64,000 nucleotides of DNA, taken from Octopus sinensis (lineage: Eukaryota). The translations under genes were made by a program, and so were the position numbers. This document shows positions 39,605-52,371 of this stretch, in pieces; position 1 is the stretch's first letter; each line of letters starts with the position of its first letter. Under the pieces are notes generated by a model that made no database searches, was not told the origin of the DNA, and saw only the letters and a program-made list of their open reading frames with translations. The stretch is taken from positions 26,660,001 through 26,724,000 of the forward strand of contig NC_043006.1 of the NCBI RefSeq assembly GCF_006345805.1. Reading direction: 5' to 3'.

Positions 39605-41010
39605 CTAGCTTAAGGTGACCCACTCTACGCACGGGTGAGAGTGTGGTTGTTACTTTCTCTTGCTTCCTTTCTGTTTCTTATCACCACATTCTCCCTCTTT
39701 GTTTCTCTTTCCTTTCTCTCTCATTTCCTCACTCTCTTACTCTTCCTTTCTCTCTGACTCTCCCTCGCTTTCTCTTACTCTCTATCTTTCTCTATCTATT
39801 TCTTTCCCATTTATAAACAACAAAAGATCTTGAGTAAGTTGAGAAACAAAATATTTTGAAAGATCAATCATAAATATCAGGCAATGACAACGGAAAGGTC
39901 TGCTTCAAGGCGAACAGCAAAACATTTAAAAGGGACAGACAAACTTGCAAGCTGAATAAAAATTAAAAAATATTGGAAACCAAAGTTTGAAGGGATAGAA
40001 TCTGAGGATAGTAGACTCACCATGGCTGCTATTCAAAACTTCTTAACAACGGACAGCAACGTTGTGGCAGTTTAACAGCTGGCGTAAAATTTTGAACTTG
40101 ATGTAAAAGAAAATTCCTAAACACTAATTTTTGAAGTGATTCTTTCTCACGACAGTAGACTCACCATGGCAGGCATTCAAAACTTCATCATGACGGATAG
40201 CAACACATTGATGATTTAAAGGCTGGCTCACTTTCCCACTCTCTTACTCTTCCTTTCTCTCGGACTCTCCCTCGCTTTCTCTTACTCTCTATCTATCTAT
40301 CTCCCATTTACAAACAACAAAAGATCTGGAGTAAGCTGAGAAAGAAATATTTTGAAAGATCAATCATAAATATCAGGCAGTGACAAAAGAAAGGTCTGCT
40401 TCAAGGCAGACAGCAAAACAGTAACATTTAAAAGGGACAGACGAACTTGCGAGCTGAATAAAAATAAAAACATATTGGAAACCAAAGTTTGAAAGGATAG
40501 AATCTGAGGATAGTAGACTCAACATGGCTGGCATTCAAAACTTCTTAACGATGGACAGCAACGTTGTGGCAGTTTAACGGCTGGCGTAAAATTTTGAACT
40601 TGATGTAAAAGAAAATTCCTAAACACCAAGTTTTGAAGTGATTCTTTCTCACGACAGTAGACTCACCATGGCAAGCATTCAAAACTTCTTCATCATGGAA
40701 GGCAACACATTGAAGATTTAAAGGCTGGCGCAAATTTTTTAGCTTGATGTAACAGAATTCCTAAACACACGCTCCTGTAAATTTTAATCCCCTTCCAGAC
40801 CCATTTTGACCCATTTTCACATTTTGGTTAATATAACCCGATTTCATTCAGGTCTACTCGGGCCACATTTTATAAGATGAGGAATTTTGTCCTAGAGGTC
40901 ACGCCTTTCATTTGAGGAAAAAAATAGTTGCCATGCAAACTCGCCAGTACTTTTAACATAGGTGTGCATATTTTCAGCTCAACCGACCACATAATGCACA
41001 CATTATATAT
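39605..41010 (-). mobile_element. Non-autonomous Helitron with an internal 507-bp tandem duplication
   Basis: Minus-strand end: ACCCG..TGGGT hairpin (39618-39636) then CTAG|T; units 39731-40227 and 40238-40728; 5-prime end runs into (TA)n. Confidence 0.65.
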
Positions 41011-41122
41011 ATATATATTATAATAAATTAGAGACAAAACCACTATTATGCAAATCAAACAAAGAAAGACTTAAGCCAATACATAAAATAATTTATATAA
41101 ATTAAAATTTAACAAATGAATA

Positions 41123-41172
41123 ACCACTACGATCGTTTCGTGTCAGCACATCTTAGACATTCTTCAGGTGGT
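41123..41172 (-). ncRNA. Minimal type I hammerhead ribozyme (left arm)
   Basis: Exact reverse complement of 41294-41343. Confidence 0.8.
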
Positions 41173-41293
41173 TTCTAAACCTTCTTAGCGAGTTATAAAC
41201 TATGAAGTCATATGACTTCATAGCTTATAACTCGCTAAGAAGGTTTAGAAACCACTGACTTCATAGTTTATAACTCGCTAAGAAGGTTTAGAA

Positions 41294-41343
41294 ACCACCT
41301 GAAGAATGTCTAAGATGTGCTGACACGAAACGATCGTAGTGGT
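41294..41343 (+). ncRNA. Minimal type I hammerhead ribozyme (right arm)
   Basis: ACCAC-CUGAAGA-aUGUC(11 nt)GACAc-GAAA-CGAUCG-UA^GUGGU; perfect stem I and palindromic stem III. Confidence 0.85.
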
Positions 41344-41575
41344 TATTCATTTGTTAAATTTTAATTTATATAAATTATTTTATGTATTGGCTTAAGTCTT
41401 TCTTTGTTTGATTTGCATAATAGTGGTTTTGTCTCTAATTTATTATAATATAATATTTTATTATAAAATTGGATTCAATCTTAAATCTGATTTTTTCTTG
41501 TAAATTTGGATTTATTCCCTAATATTTATTATATATATATATATGCATTAAATATATATGTACATATATACACAT

Positions 41576-41606
<31 letters not shown>

Positions 41607-41650
41607 ACGTATTATATATATAAATGTATACAAATTATATATATATATAA

Positions 41651-41969
41651 AGTAGTGATATACTGTCAACTTAATGCGACAGTCCCATGAAGGGAATAAT
41701 ACTACTGCTATTTAGCGCTAGGAAGCAGCAACTCTTCCTGTAGGCCTTGACACAATTTCTGTGCCCTTATGTTTGCAAGGGGAAGATAAGCACCTCCACC
41801 CAGCTGAGCAGGCTTAGCTGTGTGGAGGTGGTTATCTTCCCCTTGCAAACATAAGGACACAGGAAATGTGTCAAGGTCAACAGGAAGAGTTGCTGCTTCC
41901 TAGGGTTAAATAACAGTAGTATTATTCCCTTCATGGGACTGTCACATTAAGTTGATAGTATACCACTAC

Positions 41970-41970
<1 letters not shown>
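41651..41970. mobile_element. 320-bp palindromic MITE in a (TA)n tract
   Basis: Arms of ~159 bp are ~90% complementary almost to the centre (41810/41811). Confidence 0.8.
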
Positions 41971-41974
<4 letters not shown>

Positions 41975-42000
<26 letters not shown>

Positions 42001-42272
42001 GTGTGTTAGATATATAGTATATATATATATGTGTATATATATATATACTATATATATAAATATATCTAACATATATATATATACACATATATATACTATA
42101 TATATATATATGTGTATATATATATATATACATACATATAATATATTATATTTATATTATTTATGTATATATTATATGTATCTATATTATATATCTATAA
42201 TTTTATATATATATATATTATATGTATATGGTATATATATATATATTATGTATATATATATTATATATTATG

Positions 42273-42310
<38 letters not shown>

Positions 42311-42370
42311 GTATGTGTATATATTTATATATTATGTATATGTATATATTTATATATTATGTATCTATAT
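41975..42370. repeat. TA-rich low-complexity tract
   Basis: Representative; similar tracts at 43290-43670, 45375-45590, 47130-47290, 49350-49520 and 54955-55158. Confidence 0.95.
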
Positions 42371-42489
42371 ACATTATGTATGTATTTTTTTTTATATTTT
42401 AGCTATTTTAAACTGTTTCAGCTGCAAAGCTATGGTCATGCTGGAGCACAACCATTGACTGAGCTACACCATTATTTAGAACTTCCTCT

Positions 42490-43292
42490 GATATGTGGCC
42501 TTCGGTCAATGAGGGATTTTAATGCTGCTGCCCCCAACTGTGTTTCCTGCCATGACGTAGGCTCATCTGGAACCCGTTACAGGGGGAGATCTAGTTTTGT
42601 TTTAAAGACACTTACATCCACATCATATAGGTCTCTTGGGTAGTTTGGAAGGATATTAAAGAGCTATGGGTCCTTGAAGCCCAACTCGTTGCAGTATCTG
42701 GGATCTCTGGTAGTATGGAGTGGCACTCCATTCTGCAGTTTGAGTAACTTTCAATACCAAAGTTTGGTAAAGGCCTTCTAGGATTTTCCAGATGTATATC
42801 ACTGCATATCTCTCCTGCCTTCCTTCCAGGAAGAAGAGTTTTACTTCTTTAAGTCCTTCCCAGTAGCTGACATGTTGCAACAAGATGTTTTTCTTAGTGT
42901 AGCTTCATTGGATTGCTTCGAGTTCCACCGTGGATTTTTTATTGTGTGGTGACCATAGTTGGGAGCAATAGTCTAAGTGGCTATCTGCATTTTATTACCA
43001 AATTGGTAATATGCACTTGAAAAGATGCATCTCTGCTCATGTCAACACCCAGGTCACACACTGACTTTGATTCAGGGATTTCAATTCCACCTGGGCCACT
43101 GTATTCTGTGTGCATGTCATTTAGATTTGTGTGCTGGTAGCGTAGAGCCTGGAATTTTCCTACTTTAAACTGCATGTTGTTGCCCTCAGCCCACCTGTAT
43201 ACTGCATCCAACTTCTGTTGCAGATGTGCAATATTTCCAGGATTTTGTATTGACTGAGAGACTTTTGTGTCATCTGCATAGCTAGCAAAGGC
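42490..43292 (-). mobile_element. CR1/L2-like LINE RT fragment
   Basis: ASYADDTK, WAEGNNMQF..GKFQ, DLGV.MS, RQERYAVIYIWKILEGL. Confidence 0.85.
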
Positions 43293-43669
43293 TACTATAT
43301 GTATCTATATGCATTATATATCTATATACATTATGTATATATATAAATATATGCATATATATATTATGTATATATATATATTATGTATATATATATATTA
43401 TGTATATATATATATATGTGTATATATATATATTATATATAATATACATATTGTATAATATACATAATGTACATGTATTTTATATATATATATTTTATGT
43501 ATATATATATATATTATATAATATATATATATTGTATAATATACATATATTTTATATATATATATATTGTATAATATACATATATTTTATATATATATTA
43601 TATACATATTGTATAATATACATATATTTTATATTTATATATAGTATATGTTGTATATGTATATATATT

Positions 43670-45375
43670 ATGAAGGTCACGGAGAGGGTCATAGCCTAAC
43701 TAATTAGGGAGAGAGTCAGTTTAAATGAGATGCAGTTTGGTTTCGTGCCATGGAAAAGCACCACTGATGCCATATTTTTGGTTAGACAGCTGCAGCAGAA
43801 ATACGTAGCCAAAGATAAGCCCCCGTACCTGGCTTTCATTGACATGGAGAAAGCCTTTGACAGCGTCCCCTGAATCCTTATCTGGTGGTCAATGAGGAAA
43901 CTAGGGATAGATGAATGGTTAGTTAGAGCCGTGTAAGCCATGTACAAGGACGCTGTCAGTAAGGTGAGGGCTGGCAATGAGTACAGTGAAGAATTCAGGG
44001 TAGAGGTAGGGGTCCACCAAGGTTCAGTCCTCAGTCCTCTCCTATTTATCATAGTCCTCCAAGCAATAACGGAGGAATTCAAGACAGGCTGCCCCTGGGA
44101 GCTTCCTTATACTGATGATCTTGCTCTAATTGCTGAGTCACTGTCAGAATTAGAGAAGTTTCAGGTGTGGAAGCAAGGATTAGAATCGAAGGGCCTTAGA
44201 GTCAATCTAGCTAAAACCAAAGTCCTAATAAGTAGGAAGGCAGGCAAACCACAAATCCCTTCAGGTTGATGGCCCTTCTCGATCTGTAGAAAAGGCGTAG
44301 GTAGAAACTCTATAAGATGTACCCAGTGTAAACTATGGACACATAAGAGGTGCAGCAATATCAAAGGAAGGGTAACTGGGAGGATAGTTTTTGTATGTGG
44401 CAGATGCTCAAGAGCAATAAATAACACTGAAAATGTGCAGAGTACAACTTCCGGCATATTCCAGGGAGAAAAACTAGAAGTAGTTGATAGCCTCTCTTAC
44501 CTAGGTGACCAAGTCAGTAGCAGGGGAGGGTGCACTGAAAGTGTAGCTATTAGAATAAGAATAGCCTGGGCTAAGTTCAGAGAGCTCTTACCTCTTCTGG
44601 TGACAAAGGGCTTCTCACTCAGAGTAAAAGCTTGGACTGTTTGATTGAGGACTGGCAAGCCTGATGGCTGCACCAGGCTTCAATCTGATCTGGCAGAGCT
44701 TCTACAGCTGGATGCCCTTCCTAATGCCAACCACTGTGAGAATGTTGTGGGTGCTTTTACGTGCCACTGGCACAAGGGCCAGTCAGGCAGTACAGGTGAC
44801 AGCCACACTCAAATGGCATTTCTTAAGTGCCACCTGCACAGGAGCCAGTCCAGCAGCATTGGCAACGACCTCACTCAAATGTTGTTTTTCAAGTGCCACC
44901 AGCACTAGTGCCAGTAAGGCTACACTGGTAACAGTCATACTCGAATGCTGCTTTTTATGTGCCACTGGCATGGGAGCCAGTCAGCGGCCCTGTCAATGAT
45001 CACACTCGGATGGTGCTTTTAATGTTCCACTGGCACATGTGCCAGCCAGGCATTGCTGTCATTGGCCATGTTAGCGAATTTGATTTTAATTGTGATTTCA
45101 ATTGCCTCGACAGGTCTTTGCAAGCAACACTTAAGTAGGCTGGTTACACCGCTGGCATAGGCCACTGGTTATGGTCTCACTTGCCTTGCAGGGTCTTCTC
45201 AAGCACAACATATTTCCCAAGGTTTTGGTCACTAGTCATTGCCTTGGTGAGGCCCATTGTTCGAAGGTCGTGCTTCACCACCTCATCGCAGGTCTTCCTG
45301 GGTCCATCTCTTCCACAGATTCCCTCAACTGCTAGGGTTTTACACTTTTTCACACAGTTGCCCTCATCCATTTGC
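43670..45375. mobile_element. Rearranged RTE LINE (convergent halves)
   Basis: RT core on + from 43670 to ~44630 (QFGF, QGSVLSP, YTDDL, YLGD); 3-prime UTR and C-terminus on - from ~44631 to 45375. Confidence 0.88.
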
Positions 45376-45463
45376 ATATATATGTATATATGTATATATT
45401 ATATATTATAAATATTTATATATTACATATGTAATATATGATATGTATATATTATATGTATAC

Positions 45464-45500
<37 letters not shown>

Positions 45501-46639
45501 ATATATTATATATGTATGTACATTCTCTGTATATATATTATTTATATATTATATGTATTTTTTTATATATTTGATATATATTATTTATATATAAACCACT
45601 CACTTCTCCAATTACTTACCTCCTCCTCCACCATCCCACTCTATATGAACCTGCTCTCTCAGATTCCTTCTACATTTCAATAACCTCACCAAAAGAATAC
45701 AAATCCAGATGTTGTTCAGATAAGGAATCTTGTTTTCTGCAACTCAATACATCTATCACCTCTATTTCAGTGCATCTATTTACTTTTGTCACATCGTCAA
45801 TTATTCATTTCTCTTTCTCTTTCTCTTTTACTTGTTTCAGTCAATTTACTGTGGCCATGCTGGAGCACCACCTTTAGTCGAGCAAATTGACCCTAGGACT
45901 TATTCTTTGTAAGCCTAGTACTTATTCTATCAGTCTCTTTAGCTGAACCGCTAAGTTACGGGGGGACACCAGCATCGGTTGTCAAGCGATGTTGGGGGGA
46001 CAAACACAGACACATAAACATACACACACACAAACTTATATATGTATACATATATACGACAGGCTTCTTTCAATTTCCGTCTACCAAATCCACTCAAGCC
46101 CGAGGCTATTGTAGAAGATACTTGCCCAAGGTGCCATGCAGTGGGACTGAAGCCAGAACCATGTGGTTCATAAGCAAGCTACTTACCACACAGCCTAATG
46201 TCTCTAATTTTGTCACATCGTCAATTATTCATTTCTCTAATTTTGTCACAGATTGGCTGACCGAAAATTCAAAGAGCTTTAAATTCTGTCTAACACCAGT
46301 GTTGCTGTTTTGTGGTTTGCCCAACCTCCAACCCCCAACACCAGTACCGCAAGTCCCTGTCCTCTCACTGCCCAGCACCAGTACTAGAAGTCTCTATCCA
46401 GTGACAGCCTTCGGTTGTCTCCCATGAACACTTCTAAAGACTTAATGCCATCCCCACCCCCTACTTAGGATCTGTCTCCTATGTAAGGTTGTGATCATAT
46501 AGCACATAAAAATGGTGTAGTGTATGCAGCTTGAAGGCTGTTGTTTGTTTATGAATTCTGCCAAATGTGAGCTTTCTTTTCAAGTACATGATGCTGTTGT
46601 CTCCCATCCCAGGGTCACATGGGCCCTCACCTCCCACAC

Positions 46640-47125
46640 CCTCAGAGTTGGCACACTCAATGTGAGCACACTGAAAGGTAGGTCTGGTGAGATTGTTAAG
46701 ATGCTTGAATGGAGATGTGTAGATTTGTGCTGCATCCAAGAAGTAAGGTGGAGAGGCAGTGCCACTAGGTTCCTCACAGGCAAAGAACATAGATACAAGA
46801 TCTTCTGGGCAGGGAACACTGATGGGGTTGGGGGCATGGGTATACTTCTTGCAGAGAAATGGGTAGATAAGGTAATCGAGGTAGTCAGAGTCTGCAATAG
46901 AATACTTAACATTAGATTAGTGCTAAATTATGGGTTAGCAACCATTATCTCGGTCTACGCCCCTCAGTCAGGGCTACCTGATGAACAGAAAGACTGATTT
47001 TATGACACCCTCTTGCTGACTACCTCATCGATGAATGACCAGGACCTTCTCTTTGTGGCTGGCGATTTCAATGGACATATTGAACAACATGCAGGGGGCT
47101 TCCATAGTATACATGGAGGCCATAT
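46640..47125 (+). mobile_element. RTE LINE AP-endonuclease fragment
   Basis: LRVGTLNV..CCIQEVRWRG..SVYAPQSG..AGDFNGH. Confidence 0.9.
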
Positions 47126-47224
47126 AGATATATTATATCTATTTATTATATATATATATTATTATATCTATATATTATATATATATTATATCTATATATA
47201 TTATATATATATATATTATATCTA

Positions 47225-47292
<68 letters not shown>

Positions 47293-47293
<1 letters not shown>

Positions 47294-48842
47294 CTACCTA
47301 TATAAAAGAGGAAAAAAACTTGCACACTTTGGCTTTGGTAAGGATTCAATGGCACTAGACGTGCTAGGATCGAGCTGAAAATTGGCAGGGATACTTAATG
47401 TGTGGTGAGGATGCGACCCGCAATGGTTAAAATTTGCAAGCTATAAAGATGTGGTTGCTATGGCAAAAAGAGCGATTTTTTAAAATATTTCAGCATTCAG
47501 AAATAGATACGTTGTTAGGGGAACAACTCAGTAGTTTCAGTGATTACATTTACAAGTAACGACTGTACATAAATATCAAGATTACTTATCTGTTGCGAAA
47601 TAATATGTGCATGTGTGCGTGTGTAAGTGTATGCATGTGCGTGTGTGTGTGTGTGTGTGTGTGCGTGCATACGAGCGCAAGAGTTGGCCGTTAATTTAAT
47701 CGAGCATAAAGAAATCAAAAAAGTTAAAAAAGCAATTAATAATTTTAAGAATAATTTCACCATACCTGATAGTATAAAAGGTAGCAAAGCAAGATGAAAG
47801 ATAATAAGAGTAGAAATTAATATTATTTTTAGCATATAAAGGATCCACTGAGTGGTCTCTCCTCTTGTCTATCTACCTATATAAAAGAGGAAAAAAACTT
47901 GCATACTTTGGCTTTGGTAAGGATTCAATGGCACTAGACGTGCTAGGATCGAGCTGAAAATTTACACAACTATAGAAGGCATGGTGTAGTTACGGCCAGA
48001 GTAGGTTTCACGTCTCTATCTCGATAACAAAGGCCCGAAACAATGCATTTTCTGCGAGTGAGTGGATGTCATACACTATTGCCTTGAGTTGTGTTCACGC
48101 AACATATTGGATTCTATACGTGACTGTACGCGTGTTTGCGCGAAATTAACGGAAAAATTGGGGCGAAAACACGTTCAATTTTTGAGTTTTTCGAAAAACA
48201 AAATATGAGCATTTACGTAGAAAAATTTCCTGAATCGATTGGAGCAAGTTTGAATTCTCTAGCTTGAAAAATATAAATTCTAGCAGTTTTTAAGGGAGTT
48301 CTCAGTTGAAAATGGTGTCAAAAAATAGCTCAAAATGAGAGAATTATTTTGCATACCGAATCGCCTCAAAAATCGAACGGGAAGTGCTCTTAATATCAAT
48401 GAAAATATTCGTGAAAATGATCTCGTTAAGTTGTGTAAGCATTCGCATGTCAATTTTTGCGAGGTGAATTGTCTGTGTATGGCAGGTTTGGTAGCCTTCA
48501 ACTAGCACTATCTCCTCCGAGACCCTGTGGCACAAGTTGGCCAAAATTGAAAGTATGATAGAAGAAGGCTTGCTCTTCCTTCCGTAGAAGAAAAAATTCA
48601 AATTGGACCATGTTAATACCAAAAATTATTTACATCAAAAAGGTGCTTTTTTTCTATGAAAATCCCTATTTTTACGAATTTTTTACTGCTGTGTCGCCAT
48701 TTTTCGGTGTATTTCAACCAGAAAAATGTTCACTTAAAGAGAATAACAAGCTACATGAGGCAAAATTTTTACTTTTCAAAAATTCCAATTCTAAAGGGTC
48801 GAAAAGTAAACAAACCCGAGCAACGCCAGGCGATACTGCTAG
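47293..48842 (+). mobile_element. Non-autonomous Helitron with two 5-prime ends
   Basis: A|TCTACCTATATAAAA at 47293 and again at 47872 (~90 bp repeated); imperfect GC hairpin 48815-48830; CTAG|T at 48839-48843. Confidence 0.8.
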
Positions 48843-49126
48843 TATCTATATATTATATAAATATTTATTATGTATATACATATGTATAAAATATATATAT
48901 ATATATTATGTATAATATATTTATTTTACTTTTATTTGTTTCAGTCATTTCACTGCAGCCATGCTATAGCACAGCCGTTAGTTTCACAAATCGACCCTAG
49001 TACTTATTATTTGTGAGCCTAGTACTTATTCGATCGGACTCGTTTCCTGCACTGCTAAGTTACAGGGATGTAGACTCACTAACATCGACTGTTGAGCGAT
49101 GTTGGGGGTGGGGGGGGACACAGACA

Positions 49127-49167
<41 letters not shown>

Positions 49168-49346
49168 TATATATATACATATACAACGGGCTTCTTTCAG
49201 TTTGCATCTATCAAATCCATTCACAAGGTTTGGTTGGCATGAGGCGAGAGTAGAAGACACTTGTCTGAGATGGCCATGCAGTGGGATGGAATCCGGAACC
49301 ATGTTGTTCATAAGGAAGCTATTTACCTCACAGCCACTCCTATGCC

Positions 49347-49407
<61 letters not shown>

Positions 49408-49598
49408 ATGTATGTATATATGTGTATATATATATGTGTATGTATGTATATATGTGTATATATATATGTATATATGTTATATATATATTATGTATATATA
49501 TGTGTTATATATATATATATATGCAGCCTCCTGGCTTCCCAGACCCCGGTCGAAACGGCCAACCCATGCTAGCATGGAAAATGGACGTTAAACGATGA

Positions 49599-49638
<40 letters not shown>

Positions 49639-50633
49639 TATATCCGAAGCTCTCCACCAACTTCATGACACCACCCCCAGCTACCAACAGATGGTCTCCT
49701 CTACCATCCATGACCTCATCTCGTCCTCCCGTCCCACACCACCTCCAACCTCATTGACCGAACCCCCCGCACCCCCACCATTTACTTCCTCCCCAAAATC
49801 CACAACCCTGGCCGCCCATCGTCTCTGCCTGTAACCGCTCCACCGAGCTTATCTCTAAATATCTCGACCGTGTCTTTGCCCCCTAGTGGGTTCTCTCCCT
49901 TCTCACATCCTTGACACCAACCATGCTCTTCATCTATTCAACTCTTTCTCCTTCCCTCCTGGCCCCTCTAAACTTCTCTTCACTCTGGACATCCAGAGCC
50001 TTTACACTGTGATCCCTCACCACGAGGGGCAGCGTGCACTGAAACACTTCCTGGACCTCCGACCCAATCCCCAACCCGACACCTCCACACTCGTTCGTCT
50101 GGCCGAACTCGTCCTCTCACTCAACTGCTTCTCGTTTGCGGGCGATTTCTACGAGCAGGGAGTGGCCATGGGAACGAGAATGGGCCCCAACTATGCGAAC
50201 CTGTTCGTTGGCTATGTTGAGGCCCAAATATTCTCAAGTTTCACTGGTCCAACTCTCAAACTATATGGCCATTATATTGACAAATGTATCGGTGCCACCT
50301 CACTCTCCCGCGAACAGCTAGACTCCTTCCTCTCTTTTGTTAAATCTTTCCATCCTGCCCTCCACTTCACCTGCACTATCTCTGACACCTGTATCTCCTT
50401 TCGTGACATTTCGGTCAGCATTCATGATTCTACTCTTACCACCTCCATCCACTACAAACACACAGACTCACACTCATACCTCAACTTCTCCTCCTCCCAC
50501 CCAAACACACTAATCTTTCCATCCCCTATTCCCAATTCCTCCGTCTGCGCAGGCTCTGCACTGACGACCAGTACTTTGAGACTCAGTCTCAACTCATGGC
50601 TCGCCACTTCATGCTACATGGATATCCCCTCAC

Positions 50634-50866
50634 TTATTTCTTTAGTACCCACAAGGGGCCAAACACAGAGGGGACAAACAAGGACAGACATAGGTATTAA
50701 GTCGATTACATCGACCCCAGTGCGTAACTGGTACTTGATTTATCGAACCCGAAAGGATGAAAGGTAAAGTCGACCTCGGCGGAATTTGAACTCACAACGT
50801 AACAGCAGACGAAATACCACTAAGCATTTCGCCCGACATGCTAACGTTTCTGCCAGCTCGCCGCCT
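50634..50866 (-). mobile_element. SINE family B inserted in the PLE
   Basis: 14-bp TSD ggat(a/t)tcccctcac at 50620-50633 and 50867-50880. Confidence 0.9.
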
Positions 50867-52371
50867 GGATTTCCCCTCACCACTATCCACGCCGCCTTTG
50901 CCAGAGCACGTTCCATGGACTGTGCATCTGCTCTCTCCCCCCGAACTCACCCTGCAGTGTCCCGCCCCCCTTTCCCCTCAACTGCCACCCACGCACCATT
51001 CTCCAAGCTTTCCGGCATCTCCAGTCCGACCCATCCACTTCACACATCTTCCCTAACTGACCCCTCGCCTCCTTCAAACGAGCCCACGATCTACGAGACC
51101 TCTTGCTCCACAGCTTCTTCCCCAACCCTACCTCCCAACCTGGCTCGTTTCCTTGCTCCCACCCACGCTGCTGCACTTGCCCTTACCTCTCCAACACCAC
51201 CCTCCTCACCGGCACCCATCATCGACCCTATCGAATCACCGACTCCTTCACCTGCACCTCTACCAATATCATCTATTGCATCTCCTGCTCTCTCTGTACA
51301 TCGGACAAACGGGACACTGCTTGGCTGACCGGTTCATGGAACACCTCCGAGACATCCGCCTTGGCAATGACACCCCAGTCTCATGCAATTTCCGCTCTAC
51401 TGGTCACTCTTTGCAACACCTGTCGGTGTTTGGATTGTCCTTGCACAGAGGCCATCCTGACTCCCGTTTGCGCTGTGAACAGGGATTAATCTTCTCTCTT
51501 CGCTCCTTTATGCGATTTGGGCTCAACTCTCCTCCCCTCTTCATTGAACCTCCTCCCTTTGCCTCTCTCTCTCTCCCTCCTACTTCCTCCCACCCACCTC
51601 TCCTCTCTTGCTCCAACTCCTACTTCTCTTCACCCTTACTCTCTTTCTCTCTTCTCTCTTACTCTCTTTCTCTCTTCTCTTTTTCTCTCTTCTCTCTTAT
51701 TCTCTTCTCTCTTACTCTTTCACTCTCTCTTTCTCTCTTACTCTCTTTTTTCACTCTTCTCTCTCTCTCTCTCTTCTCACTTATCCACCTTCCCCTTCCC
51801 CTTCATTGTCAACCCTCGCCCATAAGCCCACCCCACCCTACACATTCCTACTCCACCTTCCCTATCCTTCCCACCCCCATCCCATCCTTTACACCCTCTC
51901 CCACATACCCCACCCTCTGCCTACCTACAAACCCCACCTCTACCCTCAACCTCTGCCTACCCACATACCCCACGTCTACCCCAGCCCTCAGCCTAACCTA
52001 CACCCTACCTGTGCTTTCCTCACTCTCACCTCCCCACCTCCCAACAACATCATACCACACCACACTACACCATACAACATTACACATCACATCACAACAC
52101 ACCACCCACACACCAGCACTGACCAATTCCCATCCCCACATTTTCACACTTATACATACACACACACACACGTCAAGACCAGCAGCCCTCTTTCACACAC
52201 ACATGCATACTCTTTTATACACACAAGCACCTTCGTTTTGGGGGTCATCTTTACTTTGTTATCTCCTCTACTTCTTCGCTCTGCTGTGTGACCCTTCTGT
52301 CCAGCAGTCGCCATGATAGATTGGTAGCTACTACACACATTTTTTTTCTCTCCTTGTTTTTTTCTTTGTCC

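Larger units (their letters stand above)
41014..41452. mobile_element. Inverted PLE pseudo-LTR pair (197-bp foldback)
   Basis: 41014-41210 is the reverse complement of 41256-41452 with no mismatch seen; the spacer is TA plus a 43-bp duplicate (41213-41255). Confidence 0.85.

Noticed and set aside
41987-42643. Y/I/C-rich long ORFs here and at 43400, 45257, 49013, 51608 and 54931
   Set aside because: Translations of TA, CA and CT repeats.
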